Of a stretch of DNA of 64,000 nt, positions 11,030 through 21,443 are shown piece after piece (the first letter of the stretch is position 1; the number at the start of each line of letters is the position of its first letter). The notes beneath the pieces were generated by a model. That model saw only the letters and a list, made by a program, of their open reading frames with translations. It ran no database searches and was not told the origin of the DNA. This stretch comes from an uncultured Actinomycetes bacterium (GTDB lineage: Bacteria > Actinomycetota > Acidimicrobiia > IMCC26256 > JACDBD01): positions 201,744 to 265,743 of the forward strand of contig CAVTTE010000012.1 in NCBI GenBank assembly GCA_963737605.1. The letters run 5' to 3'. Position numbers and translations under genes: made by a program.

Positions 11030-11118
11030 CCATGACTGTCCCTCCGGTCGCCGTCGCAAGCTCTGGCTCCTGCGGCGACGGTCGGCAAAGCCGCCGTCGC
11101 CGCGGAGCGAACCACTTG

Positions 11119-11136
11119 CTTGACCGGTCGGTCAAG
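11119..11136. promoter_or_regulatory. Operator-like palindrome CTTGACCG-GT-CGGTCAAG (member 1 of 3)
   Basis: Perfect 8-bp arms, 11 nt upstream of ATG 11147, in the divergent region with the SMP-30 gene. The same motif occurs at 28981 and 59835. Confidence 0.45.
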
Positions 11137-11146
11137 GCGGAGTTGC

Positions 11147-12174
11147 ATGGCGCACATGAAGCTGCGCCTGGAACCGTCCGACGAGTACATGCACCCGCTG
11201 GAGTCGGCGAAGAACTTCAACGAGTCGATGTACTTCAACTTCTTCGACCCCGGCGATCGCGATCGGCGGGTTGGGTCCGGCTCGGCAACCGGGCCAACGA
11301 GGGCTACGCGGAGATGACGACGTGCATCTACCTCCCCGACGGGCGCGTCGGCTTCATGTTCAGCCGGCCTGAGATCGCCGACAACGACGCGTTCGACGCC
11401 GGCGGGATGCGCTTCGACGTCATCGAGCCGTTCGAGGAGCAGCGCGTCTCGTACACCGGCAAGGTCGCGCTGCTCGAGCGTCCGCTGCGAGATGGCGAAC
11501 CCGCGCCAGGCGTTCACCGAGAACCCGTGGGTCGACGCCGCCGTCGAGCTCGACTACCGGGGCGTGTCGCCGATGTTGGGCGGCGAGCCCGTCAACGACG
11601 ACGGCTCCCCCATCACCGAGAACGCCGAGCAGGGGTTCGCGCGGGGCCACTACGAGCAGCACGTCGGCGCCCGCGGCGTCGTCCGCGTCGCCGACCAGGA
11701 GTGGGAGATCGACGGCTTCGGGCTCCGCGACCACTCGTGGGGGCCGCGCTACTGGCAGTCGCCATGGTGGTACCGGTGGCTGACGGCCAACTTCGGCGAG
11801 GACTTCGGGTTCGTGATCTCGATCATCACGTCGCGCGACGGCGGCCAGCGCATCGGCGGTGTCGTGCTCGAAGACGGCGAGTACCGCCACGATCGACGAC
11901 GCCGAGCTCGAGACCGACTGGCGCGGCGCCGACTCGTACCACCAGGAGATGCGCGCCGTCGCGCACACCGCCGACCGGGACTACGAGATCACGGGCAGCG
12001 TGCTCTCGCTCATCCCGCTGCGGAACCGCCGCCAGACACCCGACGGCGAGCATGCTCGTGACGCGCATCTCCGAGGGCATGACCGAGTGGCGCTGCGACG
12101 GCAAGGTCGGCTTCGGCCTGTCGGAGTACCTCGACCAGATCGTCGACGGGCAGCCGGTCGGCGCCACCGGCTGA
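11147..12174 (+). CDS. Conserved hypothetical protein (about 4 frameshifts as assembled)
   Basis: Joined from ORFs 11120..11317 (MAHMKLRLEPSDEYMHPLESAKNFNESMYFNFFD), 11032..12174 (WVRLGNRANEGYAEMTTCIYLPDGRVGFMFSRPE; end MLVTRISEGMTEWRCDGKVGFGLSEYLDQIV), 11492..12061 (HYEQHVGARGVVRVADQEWEIDGFGLRDHSWGPRYWQSPWWYRW) and 11859..12356. I cannot name the family. Confidence 0.5.
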
Positions 12175-12177
12175 ACG

Positions 12178-13968
12178 TCAGGCCGACTTGCGTTCGTCCT
12201 CCCGCTGCGCCCGACGGAGTTGCGGTCGCCACCCGGCCTGAGGTCGCTCGTGCTCGAGGTATCGGCTCCGCGCACGCAGGAGGTCGGTACGGGTACAGAT
12301 CCCGACAAGTCGGTCGTGGTCGACGACGGGAACGTGATCAACGCCTTCCTCGGTGATCCGCTCGAGCACCGTGATCAAGCTGTCGCCGGGCGCGACGGTC
12401 ACGACGTCTGCCGTCGCAATCTCCTTCACCGGCGCGCCGTCGGGGAGCTCCGCCGCGAGGACATCAGAGCGACTCACAATCCCGATGAGAGCGCCCTTGT
12501 CGTCGACAAGTGGGTATGCGCCGTGCCCACCGCTCTCGAGGAGCCGACGGGCCTCGATGACCGTCGCGTTGCCGGAGACTGTCGCGACGTCCGCCGTCAT
12601 CGCCTCGCGCACGGTATGTAGCTGCAGCACGTCCGGCGCGTAGCGGCGCGGCACGGTCACCCCCCTGCGCGCCAACTTCTCCGTCAGCACGCTCTGTTCC
12701 GAGAGCGCGTTGAAAACGAGGTCTGCCAGCACCGCCGCGAGCATCAGAGGCAACACCGCGGCGTAGTCGCGCGTGAGCTCGAACGCGAAGACGATCGACG
12801 TGAACGTGGCACGCGTGGCCGCCCCGAATGTCGCCGCCATCGCCACGAGGGCCACTGCGCCGGGTGACAGGTTCAGCCCCGGGAACGCGGCGTCGAGGCC
12901 GGCCCCGACAAGGCCACCGAAGGCGCCGCCGATCAGCAGCAACGGCGCGAGGGTGCCACCCGACGTGCCCGACGCGAGCGCGATCCACCACGCGAACAAC
13001 TTGGCGAGGAGGAGAAGCGCGAGCGCGCCCACCGCGAACTTCGCCGCCAGCACGTCGTCGATCGCGTCGTAGCCCACGCCCAACGAGCGTGGGACGGCGA
13101 GCCCGATGGCCGCGAAGCCCAGGGCGCCGATGACCGGGTGCCAGAACTGCGGGATCGGAAGCCGCCGGTACGCCGCTTCGGCGGCGAACAGGCCCTTCGC
13201 CACCACGACGGCGAAGACGCCGCATGCCAGACCCAGAAGAGCGAAGACGCCGAGCGTGCTGAGCCCGGCGAAGTCGTGATGCGGCACGGTGAACAGCGGC
13301 CCGGTCCCGAAGATGGCGGCGTGGACGCCGCCGGCGACACTGGCGGAAACGACCAGCGGCACGAGCGCCCGGGCTGAGAACTCGAAGAGCAGGAGCTCGA
13401 CCGCGAGCACGACCGCCGCGAGCGGCGCGCCGAACACCGCCGACATTCCCGCGGCGGCCCCGCACGCGAGCAGGATCTTGCGTTCGGACGGCGACACCCG
13501 GATGACCTGCCCGACGATCGAACCGAGCGCGCCGCCGGTGACGATGATCGGGCCTTCGGCGCCGAACGGCCCCCCGGTGCCGATCGCGATCGCGGCCGAT
13601 GTCGGCTTGGCGACCGCGGCGCGTGGCGAGATGCGGCTCTGGTGCGTCAGCACGGCATCCATGGCCTCCGGGATGCCGTGGCCGCGGATGATCGGCGCCC
13701 AACGCGCGATCAACGCGACGACGAGACCGCCGGCGGCGGCGACGAGCAAGAGGTCGGGGCCGGGATGAAAGTGCCGGAAGGAAGGGAGGTCCCACCCGTA
13801 CTGATGCAGCAACGCCGCATTCGTGAGCAGCGCGATGAGGCGAACGAGCAACCATGCGGCGGCACCGCCCGCGAGACCCAACGCGGCGGCGAGCAACGAC
13901 AGGAAGACGAGGCGGCGCGGCGACGATTGCACAGTACCGACATTATATCGTGATACGATACTTTTCAT
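12178..13968 (-). CDS. ClC-family voltage-gated chloride channel / H+-Cl- antiporter with C-terminal tandem CBS domains
   Basis: Intact ORF 12178..13968. Motifs: GHGIPEAM, GTGGPFGAEGP, GAPLAAVVLAVE, GTSGGTLAPLL, then two CBS-like repeats. The true start is probably GTG ~13932 (see the MarR operator finding). Confidence 0.9.
   Translation of the reverse strand: MKSIVSRYNVGTVQSSPRRLVFLSLLAAALGLAGGAAAWLLVRLIALLTNAALLHQYGWDLPSFRHFHPGPDLLLVAAAGGLVVALIARWAPIIRGHGIPEAMDAVLTHQSRISPRAAVAKPTSAAIAIGTGGPFGAEGPIIVTGGALGSIVGQVIRVSPSERKILLACGAAAGMSAVFGAPLAAVVLAVELLLFEFSARALVPLVVSASVAGGVHAAIFGTGPLFTVPHHDFAGLSTLGVFALLGLACGVFAVVVAKGLFAAEAAYRRLPIPQFWHPVIGALGFAAIGLAVPRSLGVGYDAIDDVLAAKFAVGALALLLLAKLFAWWIALASGTSGGTLAPLLLIGGAFGGLVGAGLDAAFPGLNLSPGAVALVAMAATFGAATRATFTSIVFAFELTRDYAAVLPLMLAAVLADLVFNALSEQSVLTEKLARRGVTVPRRYAPDVLQLHTVREAMTADVATVSGNATVIEARRLLESGGHGAYPLVDDKGALIGIVSRSDVLAAELPDGAPVKEIATADVVTVAPGDSLITVLERITEEGVDHVPVVDHDRLVGICTRTDLLRARSRYLEHERPQAGWRPQLRRAQREDERKSA
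13946..13960. promoter_or_regulatory. Operator-like palindrome TATCGT-GAT-ACGATA in the AT-rich MarR/ClC divergent region
   Basis: Perfect 6-bp arms. It is embedded in the only AT-rich stretch of the locus (cattatatcgtgatacgatacttttc). On the minus strand TATAAT lies at 13942-13947. On the plus strand TACGAT lies at 13954-13959, 7 nt before ATG 13967. Confidence 0.5.
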
Positions 13969-14401
13969 GCCGGGCTCGACGACCGTCCGCTCCCGCCGGA
14001 TCGGAGACGCCGACTACCAGCGCCTGCTCGAGTTCCGGACCGGTCTGCGACGGTTCCTGCACTGGAGCGAAGAGCAGGCGCAGGCCGCGGGCGTCTCACC
14101 GGCCCAGCACCAGCTGCTCCTTGCGATCCGTGGCCATCCCGATTCGCGCGGTCCGACGATCGGCGATGTCGCCGAATACCTGCTCTTGCGCCACCACAGT
14201 GCCGTGGAGCTCGTCGACCGCGCCGTCACCGCCGGACTCGTTCGGCGCCGCCAGGATCGCGACGATCACCGGGTCGTCCGGTTGCAGCTCACCGCGCGGG
14301 GCGCCGAGAAGCTCCGGCGCCTCACGGCCGTCACGCTCGAGGAGCTGAACCGCCTGTCCCCCCGCCTTCGGCCCGTGTGGTCCGGCCTGGAGCGGGACTG
14401 A
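13967..14401 (+). CDS. MarR family transcriptional regulator
   Basis: Tail of ORF 13823..14401 from ATG 13967. It has a winged-HTH segment (LLLAIRGHPDSRGPTIGDVAEYLLLRHHSAVELVDRAVTAGLVRRRQDRDDHRVVRLQLT). Confidence 0.85.
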   Translation: MPGSTTVRSRRIGDADYQRLLEFRTGLRRFLHWSEEQAQAAGVSPAQHQLLLAIRGHPDSRGPTIGDVAEYLLLRHHSAVELVDRAVTAGLVRRRQDRDDHRVVRLQLTARGAEKLRRLTAVTLEELNRLSPRLRPVWSGLERD

Positions 14402-14407
14402 CGCGGG

Positions 14408-16251
14408 CTACCAGCTGCCGCCGCCTCCGCCGCCGGCGCCGCCGCCCGAGAAGCCGCCGCCGGAGAAGCCGCTCGAGCCCGACGTCGACGGGGGCGTCGA
14501 CGTCAACGTGCCCGACGTCGAAACCGTGAACCCGTCGATCGCGCTCGAGAAGGCGAGGAACGTGAACGCCGACGACGAGATGTACCACGACGACGTGTCC
14601 GGCGGCTGGTCATCCAGACCGGCGAAAGCCGCCGCCCACTTCCCCGTCGCGCCGAAGACGATCGCGTAGGGCAGGTACTCGGAGAACAGGTTCTTCCGCT
14701 CGGCGAACCGGGCGCGCTCCTTCTCCGATTCGTTGATGAATCTCCGGAATCCCTCGGTGTGCCGGAGGACGGCGGTGCCCTTGGCCGTGCGCTGAGGGCT
14801 CCAGTACGCCCCGAAGGTGAACAGGATGCCCGCCACGAGCAGCGGGATGCCGAGGAGAGCCGCGTGCGTGAACAGGATCAGCAGAGTCATGAGCCCCGCG
14901 CCGGCGAGGAGCACGAGGACTCCGAGGCAGCCCCACTGTGCCCGAGAGCGCGACGGCGGGCGACGAACCATCCGTGGTCGATCGCGTCCTGGAGGAGCGC
15001 GCCCTGCACCTCTTCCATCTTCGTGTGGAACGTGTAGCGGAGGTCGGAGAGCTGCACCTCGTTGCCGTCCTCGAACAAGCCGTTGAGGAGCTTCTGCTCG
15101 TAGTCCTTGAGCTCCGCGTCCGGCTCCTTCTTCTTCGTCAGCTTCCAGTCCGGCTTGTGCAGGAACCCTCCCTCGCCCGGGATCTCCTCGATCACGAGGT
15201 AGCCGCGCACGGCGAGGTCGACGATGGTGGCGGTCACGTCGAGCGGGTTGGCCGTGAAGTCGACGAGCGTGCCGAGCTGCCCGGGCCGCAGGTTGTCGGG
15301 TGGGACGAACTCGACCGGCGTCTCCTCGTGGTGGAGCACGGGAACGAGCTCGTCGGCGCCGCTGTCGGTGCCGTAGGCCTGATCGACCGCGGAGCCGCGG
15401 TAGCGGCGGTCGCGGCCGAACCGGTAGATCAGGAACGCGAACACGAGGATCACCACGAGCAGGAGCGCGCCGCTGACCCCGGCGGTCACGGGAGTGATCG
15501 AGAACGCCGTCCCGAGGTTGAAGCGCTCCTCGAGGATCGGCTTCGGCGGCGGTACCACGCCCTTCGGCATGGCGGTCACGACGGTCAGGGCGGCGTTGGG
15601 CGGGATGTCGCTCTGGGTGAACGTCGCCGTCGCACCGGTGCTGGTCGCGCTGGCGCACGGGAGGGTGGACCGGAGCGGACCGCTGAAGCAGGCGACCTGC
15701 GTGATGTCGGCCGGCGCTTCGACCGTGACGGTCGCCCGCTGGATCGGGACCGTCCAGCCGGGACCGATCGCGTTGAGGTTCAGCTCGTCGTGGTCCTCGA
15801 ACCCGTTCAGCACGCCGCGCAGCGTGTACGTGATGTCGTAGGTGTGCTGGCCGCTGATCGTGCGGTCGGGATCACCGATCTTGATCCGCTTCAGTCCGAC
15901 GCCGTCGACGTCGCCGCTTTCGATCGTGTACTGCGCCGGCGTCCCTTCCGACGCCTTCACGGACTCGACGTTCAGCGGGTACACGCGGTCGTGGTTGGAC
16001 TTGGGCGGGTAGTCGAAACGCACCGGGACGTCCCGGAAGATGCCGTGCTTCGGGACGACGCCGAAGTCGTAGTCGATCGTCTCGTGGACCCGGACCAGCC
16101 CCGTGGGCTCGATGCGTACGTCGACGACGTAGTTCCGGATCTGCTCCGGCCCGAATTGCGTGGTGGTCTCGGACACCGCCGGAGCCGAGAGCCCGAGGAC
16201 GCCGACGACCGCCGCGAGACCTCCGAGAAGAGCAACCCGCCCGTAACGCAC
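14408..16251 (-). CDS. DUF2207 domain-containing membrane protein (one frameshift near ~14940)
   Basis: ORF 14887..16251 (signal-like N-terminus, YDITYTLRGVLNGF, TM segment, DLAVRGYLVIEE) continues in ORF 14408..15658 (TM helices, RHTEGFRRFI, Gly-rich tail GGGFSGGGAGGGGGGSW). Confidence 0.75.
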
Positions 16252-16271
16252 GGCGGGAATCTAACCGGCGC

Positions 16272-17286
16272 GTGCGCGGGCTACCGTTCCGCGCCGTGCC
16301 CGCCCGCGTCGACGATCAGCTGCTCGCGGCGGCGGTCGGCCGCCATCTCGGGCAGGCGGTGACGATCGAGGACCTGCGCCGCCTGTCGGGCGGCGCGTCA
16401 CGCGAGACGTGGTCTTTCGACGCGGTTTCTGCCGGCGGCGCCCGCCACGCCCTCGTGCTCCGCCGCGATCCCGGGGCCTCGACCGGGCAGTCGGACCGCT
16501 CGGTCGAGTTCGCGCTCCTGGACGCGGCCCACCAGGGCGGCGTCGCCACGCCGCAGGTCTGGTTCCTGCTCGAGCCGGACGACGGGCTCGGCTCGGGCTT
16601 CGTGATGGAGCGGATCGACGGCGAGACGATCCCGCGCCGCATCCTGCGGGACGAAACGTACGCGGCGGCCCGCCCGTTGCTCGCCCGTCAGTGCGGCGAG
16701 CAAGCGGCGCGCATCCACGCCCTCGATCCCGCCGCGCCTGCCGGCGCTCCCGGTGCAGGGCGCGCGCGAGCAGATCGCCCTCTACCGCGGCTACCTCGAC
16801 GGCTTCGGCGAGCCGCACCCCGCGTTCGAGCTCGGCCTGCGCTGGCTCGCCGAGCACGCGCCGCCCGACCCGCCGCGGCCGGCGCTCGTGCACGGCGACT
16901 TCCGCAACGGCAACTTCATCGTCGGCCCCGACGGCATCCGAGCCGTGCTCGACTGGGAGCTCGCGCACCTCGGCGACCCGGTCGAGGACCTCGGCTGGTT
17001 GTGCGTGAAGTCGTGGCGCTTCGGCGTGGCCGATCGACGCGTCGGCGGGTTCGGAAGCGTGGACGATCTGCTCGCGGCGTACCGGGCGGCCGGCGGACGC
17101 GACGTCGACCCGCGCCGGCTCCGCTACTGGGAGGCGATGGGCACGCTGAAGTGGGGCGTGATCTGCGAGATCCAGGCGTTCACGCACCTCGAGGGCACGG
17201 TCCGCTCCGTGGAGCTGGCCACGCTCGGCCGACGGGTCGCCGAGATGGAATGGGACCTGCTCGACCTGATCGACGGGGGCGGGTGA
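16272..17286 (+). CDS. Phosphotransferase (APH/choline-kinase-like) family protein (one frameshift near ~16745)
   Basis: The head of ORF 16272..18893 (LSGGASRETWSF, VLRRDP, GFVMERIDGE) continues in ORF 16753..17286 (LVHGDFRNGNFIVGPDG..VLDWELAHLGDPVEDLGW). Confidence 0.8.
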
Positions 17287-17659
17287 TGTCGGACATGCAG
17301 GATCGACCCACGGCCGCCGAGCTGCTCGAGGCGATCCGCGAGTTCCTCGAACGGGACGTGATGCCGGCGATCGAGGGCCGGGTGCAGTTCCACAGCCGCG
17401 TCGCGGTCAACGCGCTCGGGATGCTCGAACGCGAGGTGCGCCTCGGCCCCGAGCTCGACGCCGCCGAGCGCGCCCGGCTCGGCGCGCTCCTCGGCCACGA
17501 CGCCGACGTCGCCACGCTGACGACGGAGCTGGCGGGCCGCATCCGGGACGGGTCCGCTCGACGACCGCCGCGACGACGTGCGTCGCCGCCGTCCGCGAGT
17601 CCGTGCGGGCGAAGCTCCTGGTCTCGAACCCGGACTACCTCGGCGACGGCGTCGGGTAG
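17286..17659 (+). CDS. DUF6285-like small protein commonly paired with the APH-like kinase (one frameshift near ~17560)
   Basis: Same open frame as 16272..18893 (MSDMQDRPTAAELLEAIREFLERDVMPAIEGRVQFHSRVAVNALGMLEREV), then another frame ending VRAKLLVSNPDYLGDGVG*. The family assignment is from memory of gene pairing and is tentative. Confidence 0.5.
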
Positions 17660-17672
17660 GTTCCAAAATGCT

Positions 17673-18465
17673 GTGCGCTTCGCCACCTGGAACGTCAACT
17701 CGCTGAAGGCCCGCCTCCCCCGGGTCGAGGAGTGGCTGCAGTACGCCCAGCCCGACGTCCTGTGCCTCCAGGAGACCAAGCTCTCCGACGACTCGTTCCC
17801 GCAGCTGACCTTCCAGAGCCTCGGGTACGACTCGGTGCACCACGGGCCCGGGCAATGGAACGGCGTGGCGATCCTGTCCCGCGCCGGCGTCGCCGACGTC
17901 ACCTCCGGGTTCGACGGCACCGAGCTCGTCGACCCGTACGAGGGCGACGCCCGCCTCCTCTCCGCGATGTGCGGCGGCGTGCGCGTGATCTGCGTGTACG
18001 TGCCCAACGGCCGCAAGGTCGGCACCGAGTTCTACGAGCGCAAGCTGGCGTGGCTCGAATGCCTCCACGACTGGATCGCCGCCACGTACAAGCCCAGCGA
18101 CCCGATCGTGATGATGGGCGACTTCAACGTCGCGCCCGAGGACCGCGACCTGTGGTCGCCGAAGGCGTTCGTCGGCGACACGCACGTCACCGAGCCCGAA
18201 CGCGCCGCGGTCGCCAAGCTGCGCGACTGGGGCTTCGTCGACGGGTTCCGCGTCCTGTACCCCCAGGAACAGCTGTTCACCTACTGGGACTACCGCCGCG
18301 GCGACTTCCACGAGCACCGCGGCATGCGCATCGACCTCGCGTACGTGACCGAGCCGCTGGTGGACCGCATCCGGTGGGGCCTCGTGGACCGGTTCGCCCG
18401 CAAGGGCAAGCTGCCGTCGGACCACGCACCTCTGTTCCTGGACATCGACGTCGACGCCGGCGTGA
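17673..18465 (+). CDS. xthA: Exodeoxyribonuclease III (3' end uncertain)
   Basis: Within ORF 16272..18893 from GTG 17673. Motifs: RFATWNVNSLKARL, VLCLQETK, NGVAILSR, YVPNG, MGDFNVAPEDRD, RIDLAYV, PSDHAPL. In this frame no stop precedes the next gene. A TGA at 18463-18465 lies one frame over. Confidence 0.8.
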
Positions 18466-18505
18466 GCCCGTCGCCTCTCGAGCGCCGCGGGCGTACCGTG
18501 GCCGC

Positions 18506-19087
18506 ATGGCCATGTACCACGACGGGTCGCGAGAGCTCCAGGACCGCTTCGACAGCCGGCGGATCGCCGACCGGCTCGAGCAGATCACGGTCCACGACCG
18601 GTTCAGCGACGACGACCGCGCGTTCATCGAACGCGTGCCGATGTTCTTCCTCGCCACCGCCGACGCCGACGGGTGGCCGGACTGCTCGTACAAGGGCGGG
18701 CAGCCCGGTTTCGTCCGCGTCGTCGACGAGAGCACGCTCGCGTTCCCGAGCTACGACGGCAACGGCATGTTCCGCAGCCTCGGCAACGTGCTCGTCAACC
18801 CGAAGGTCGGCATGCTGTTCGTCGACTTCGAGCGCCCGAACCGGATGCGCATCAACGGCATCGCGTCGCTGCACGACGACGACGAGCTGCTGAGCTCGTT
18901 CGAGGGCGCGCAACTGATCGTGCGCGTGCACGCCGAGCGGATCTTCCCGAACTGCCCCCGCTACATCCACAAGATGCAGGTGGTCGAGCACTCCGTGTAC
19001 TCCCCTCGCCCGGGTCACGTGCCACCGGTGCCGGACTGGAAGCAGATGGACGTCTTCCGGGACTACCTCCCCGAAGCGAAGCCATGA
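18506..19087 (+). CDS. Pyridoxamine 5'-phosphate oxidase-like (FMN-binding split barrel) family protein
   Basis: Last 193 codons of ORF 17732..19087 (MFFLATADADGWPDCSYKGGQPGFVRVVDESTLAFPSYDGNGMFRSLGN). Confidence 0.7.
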   Translation: MAMYHDGSRELQDRFDSRRIADRLEQITVHDRFSDDDRAFIERVPMFFLATADADGWPDCSYKGGQPGFVRVVDESTLAFPSYDGNGMFRSLGNVLVNPKVGMLFVDFERPNRMRINGIASLHDDDELLSSFEGAQLIVRVHAERIFPNCPRYIHKMQVVEHSVYSPRPGHVPPVPDWKQMDVFRDYLPEAKP

Positions 19088-19153
19088 CCGGACCTGTGAC
19101 CCACGTCATCTGGCCAGGGCCGGAGGGTCGGTCGATGATGGAGCCGCGCTGAC

Positions 19154-19166
19154 TTATCAGCGATAA
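19154..19166. promoter_or_regulatory. Palindrome TTATC-AGC-GATAA upstream of the MMPL-TetR-CCD operon (candidate TetR operator)
   Basis: Perfect 5-bp arms in an AT-rich patch, about 25 nt upstream of the first recognisable MMPL codons. The operon encodes a TetR regulator. Confidence 0.4.
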
Positions 19167-19190
19167 CACACATCGGTTGGGGGCCCGGTC

Positions 19191-21443
19191 CTGCTTACTC
19201 GCCTCGGTCGTTTCGCCGTCGCCCATCGCAAGGCGGTGCTCGTCGGCACGGTGGTGTTCTTCATCGCCGCCGCCGTGCTGGGTGGCGGCGTCGCATCCCG
19301 CTTGAGCAGCGGCGGCTTCGAAGACCCTTCCTCCGAGTCCTCTCGGGCGGCGGACGCCATCGAGCGGGAATTCGGGAAGCAACAGCCCGACCTCGTCCTC
19401 CTCGTCACCGCGAAGCGCGGCACGGTCGACGACCCGGAGGTCGCGGCCGCCGGCGAGTGCGCTCGCCGACCCGGCTGCGGGTCCGAGAAGTGGGTCGCTC
19501 GCGCCGTCTCGTACTGGGACGCTCGGCAGCCCGCCCCCGCTCCGCAGCAAGGACGGTCGTCAAGCGCTCGTCATCGCCGCGTTGCGGGGCGACGAAGACG
19601 CCGTGCACGACACGGCCGAGGAGCTCTCGCCCCGCTATTCCGGGAGCCGGGGACCGGTCACGGTGCGCGTCGGCGGCTTCGCCGAGGTCTTCCGGCAGGT
19701 CAACACGCAAGTCGAGGAAGACCTGCTGCGCGGCGAGCTCCTCGCGTTCCCGATCGTCCTGCTGCTGACGGTGCTCGTGTTCGGCAGCGTGGTCGCCGCC
19801 GGTCTGCCGTTGGTGGTGGGCATCCTGGCGATCGTCGGGACCTTCCTCGTGCTCCTGGTGCTCTCGTCGCTCACCCAGGTGTCGATCTTCTCGCTCAACC
19901 TCACGACCGGCATGGGGCTCGGGCTCGCGATCGACTACAGCCTGTTCGTCGTCTCGCGGTACCGGGAGGAGCTGCGCGCCGGGCGCGATCCGCACAACGC
20001 CGTGGTGCGCACCGTCCAGACCGCCGGCAAGACCGTGGCGTTCAGCGCGGTGACCGTGGCTATCTCGCTGTCCGCGCTGCTCGTCTTCCCGCTCGCGTTC
20101 CTGCGGTCGTTCGCGTACGCGGGCATCGGCGTGTCGTTGCTTGCGGGCGCGGTGTCGGTCATCTGCCTTCCCGCGCTGCTCGCGGTGCTCGGACCGCGGG
20201 TGAACTCGCTGCGGTTGTGGCGCCGGGACCCGAAACCAGTCGGTGAGGGCGTCTGGCATCGGATCGCCATGGTCGTGATGCGACGCCCGGTGCCGATCGC
20301 GATCGTCGTCATGCGTCCTGCTCCTCGCGCTGGGCATCCCGTTCCTGCGCATCCAGTTCGGGCTGCCCGACGACCGCGTGCTGCCGCCCGACCTCGTCGA
20401 GCCGGCAGGTGCAGGACGACATCCGGGCGCGGTTCGCGTCGAACGAGGGCGGAGCGCTCCAGGTCGTCGCCACCGGGATCGGCGACCCGGCGCGCGCACT
20501 GCTGAGCGTCGATCGCTACGCGGCGCAGCTGTCGCGCCTGCCGGGCGCCGCGCGCGTCGACGCCTTCACCGGCAGCTACATCGACGGGCCAGCAAGTTGC
20601 CGGGCCGGGACCGATCGACGCGCGCGCTTCGCAGGCGGACGATGCCACCTGGCTCTCGGTCGTTCCCGTCGGTCGAGCCGTACTCCGACGCCGGCGAGCG
20701 TCTCGCCAACGCGGTGCGCGACACCGCGCGCGCCGTTCCCGGTCCTGGTCGGCGGGACCATCGGCCGAGCTCGTCGACTCGAAGGAGTCGATCTTCGCCC
20801 GCCTGCCCCTCGCGCTCGGCCTGGTCGCGCTGGCAACCTTCGTGCTGCTGTTCCTGATGTTCGGGAGCGTCCTCGTGCCCATCAAGGCGCTGATCCTCAA
20901 CGTGCTGAGCCTCAGCGCGATGTTCGGCGCGCTCGTGTGGATCTTCCAGGACGGCAACTTCTCCGGCGTCCTCGACTTCACTGCGACGGGCACGCTCCCG
21001 GCGTCGACACCGCTGCTGCTGTTCTGCATCGCGTTCGGCCTGTCGATGGACTACGAGGTGTTCCTGCTGTCGCGCATCAAGGAGGAGCACGACCGCACGG
21101 GCGACAACACGCAGCTCGGTCGCCATCGGGCTCGAACGCACGGGCCGCATCGTGACCGCGGCCGCCGTCCTCATCAGCGTCGTGTTCCTCGCCTTCGCCA
21201 CCTCGCGGCGTGTCGTTCATCAAGATCTTCGGCATCGGGCTCTCGATCGCCGTGCTCATGGACGCCTTCGTGATCCGGGCGACTCTGGTGCCGGCGTTCA
21301 TGCGCATCGCGGGCGAGGCGAACTGGTGGGCGCCGAAATGGATGCGGCGCCTCCACGATCGGATCGGGATCAGCGAGACGGAGGAACCCGAGCCCGAGCC
21401 TCCGGCCGAGCAACCGGCCGCCGAGCCGGTGGGATCACGATGA
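19191..21443 (+). CDS. MMPL family (RND superfamily) lipid transporter (about 10 frameshifts as assembled; start uncertain)
   Basis: Joined from ORFs 19236..20246, 19457..19768, 19582..20505, 20378..20857, 20409..21155, 20842..21273, 21152..22066 (head) and 21210..21443. Motifs: LTRLGRFAVAHRKAVLVGTVVFF, PLRSKDGRQALV, GLGLAIDYSLFVVSRYREEL, FGLSMDYEVFLLSRIKEEHD, MDAFVIRATLVPAFM..ANWWAPKWM. Confidence 0.8.

Noticed and set aside
13933-13968. The N-terminal 12 codons (MKSIVSRYNVGT) of the ClC ORF.
   Set aside because: They would overlap the divergent MarR start codon and run through the AT-rich palindrome and TATAAT box. An internal GTG at ~13932 is a more plausible start.
16272-18893. The 873-aa ORF read as one giant multidomain protein (kinase + DUF + exonuclease III + more).
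   Set aside because: It is a concatenation of four separate genes that happen to share a frame without intervening stops. Internal start codons, 4-nt overlaps and the frame changes show separate units: APH-like, DUF6285-like, xthA, then out-of-frame text across the PNPOx gene.
19084-19152. A 22-codon mini-ORF (MTGPVTHVIWPGPEGRSMMEPR) whose ATG overlaps the PNPOx stop and which ends just before the TTATC-AGC-GATAA palindrome. It could be a leader peptide for the MMPL operon.
   Set aside because: It has no RBS, no recognisable attenuator structure and no conservation evidence available. It could easily be a chance ORF in GC-rich DNA.
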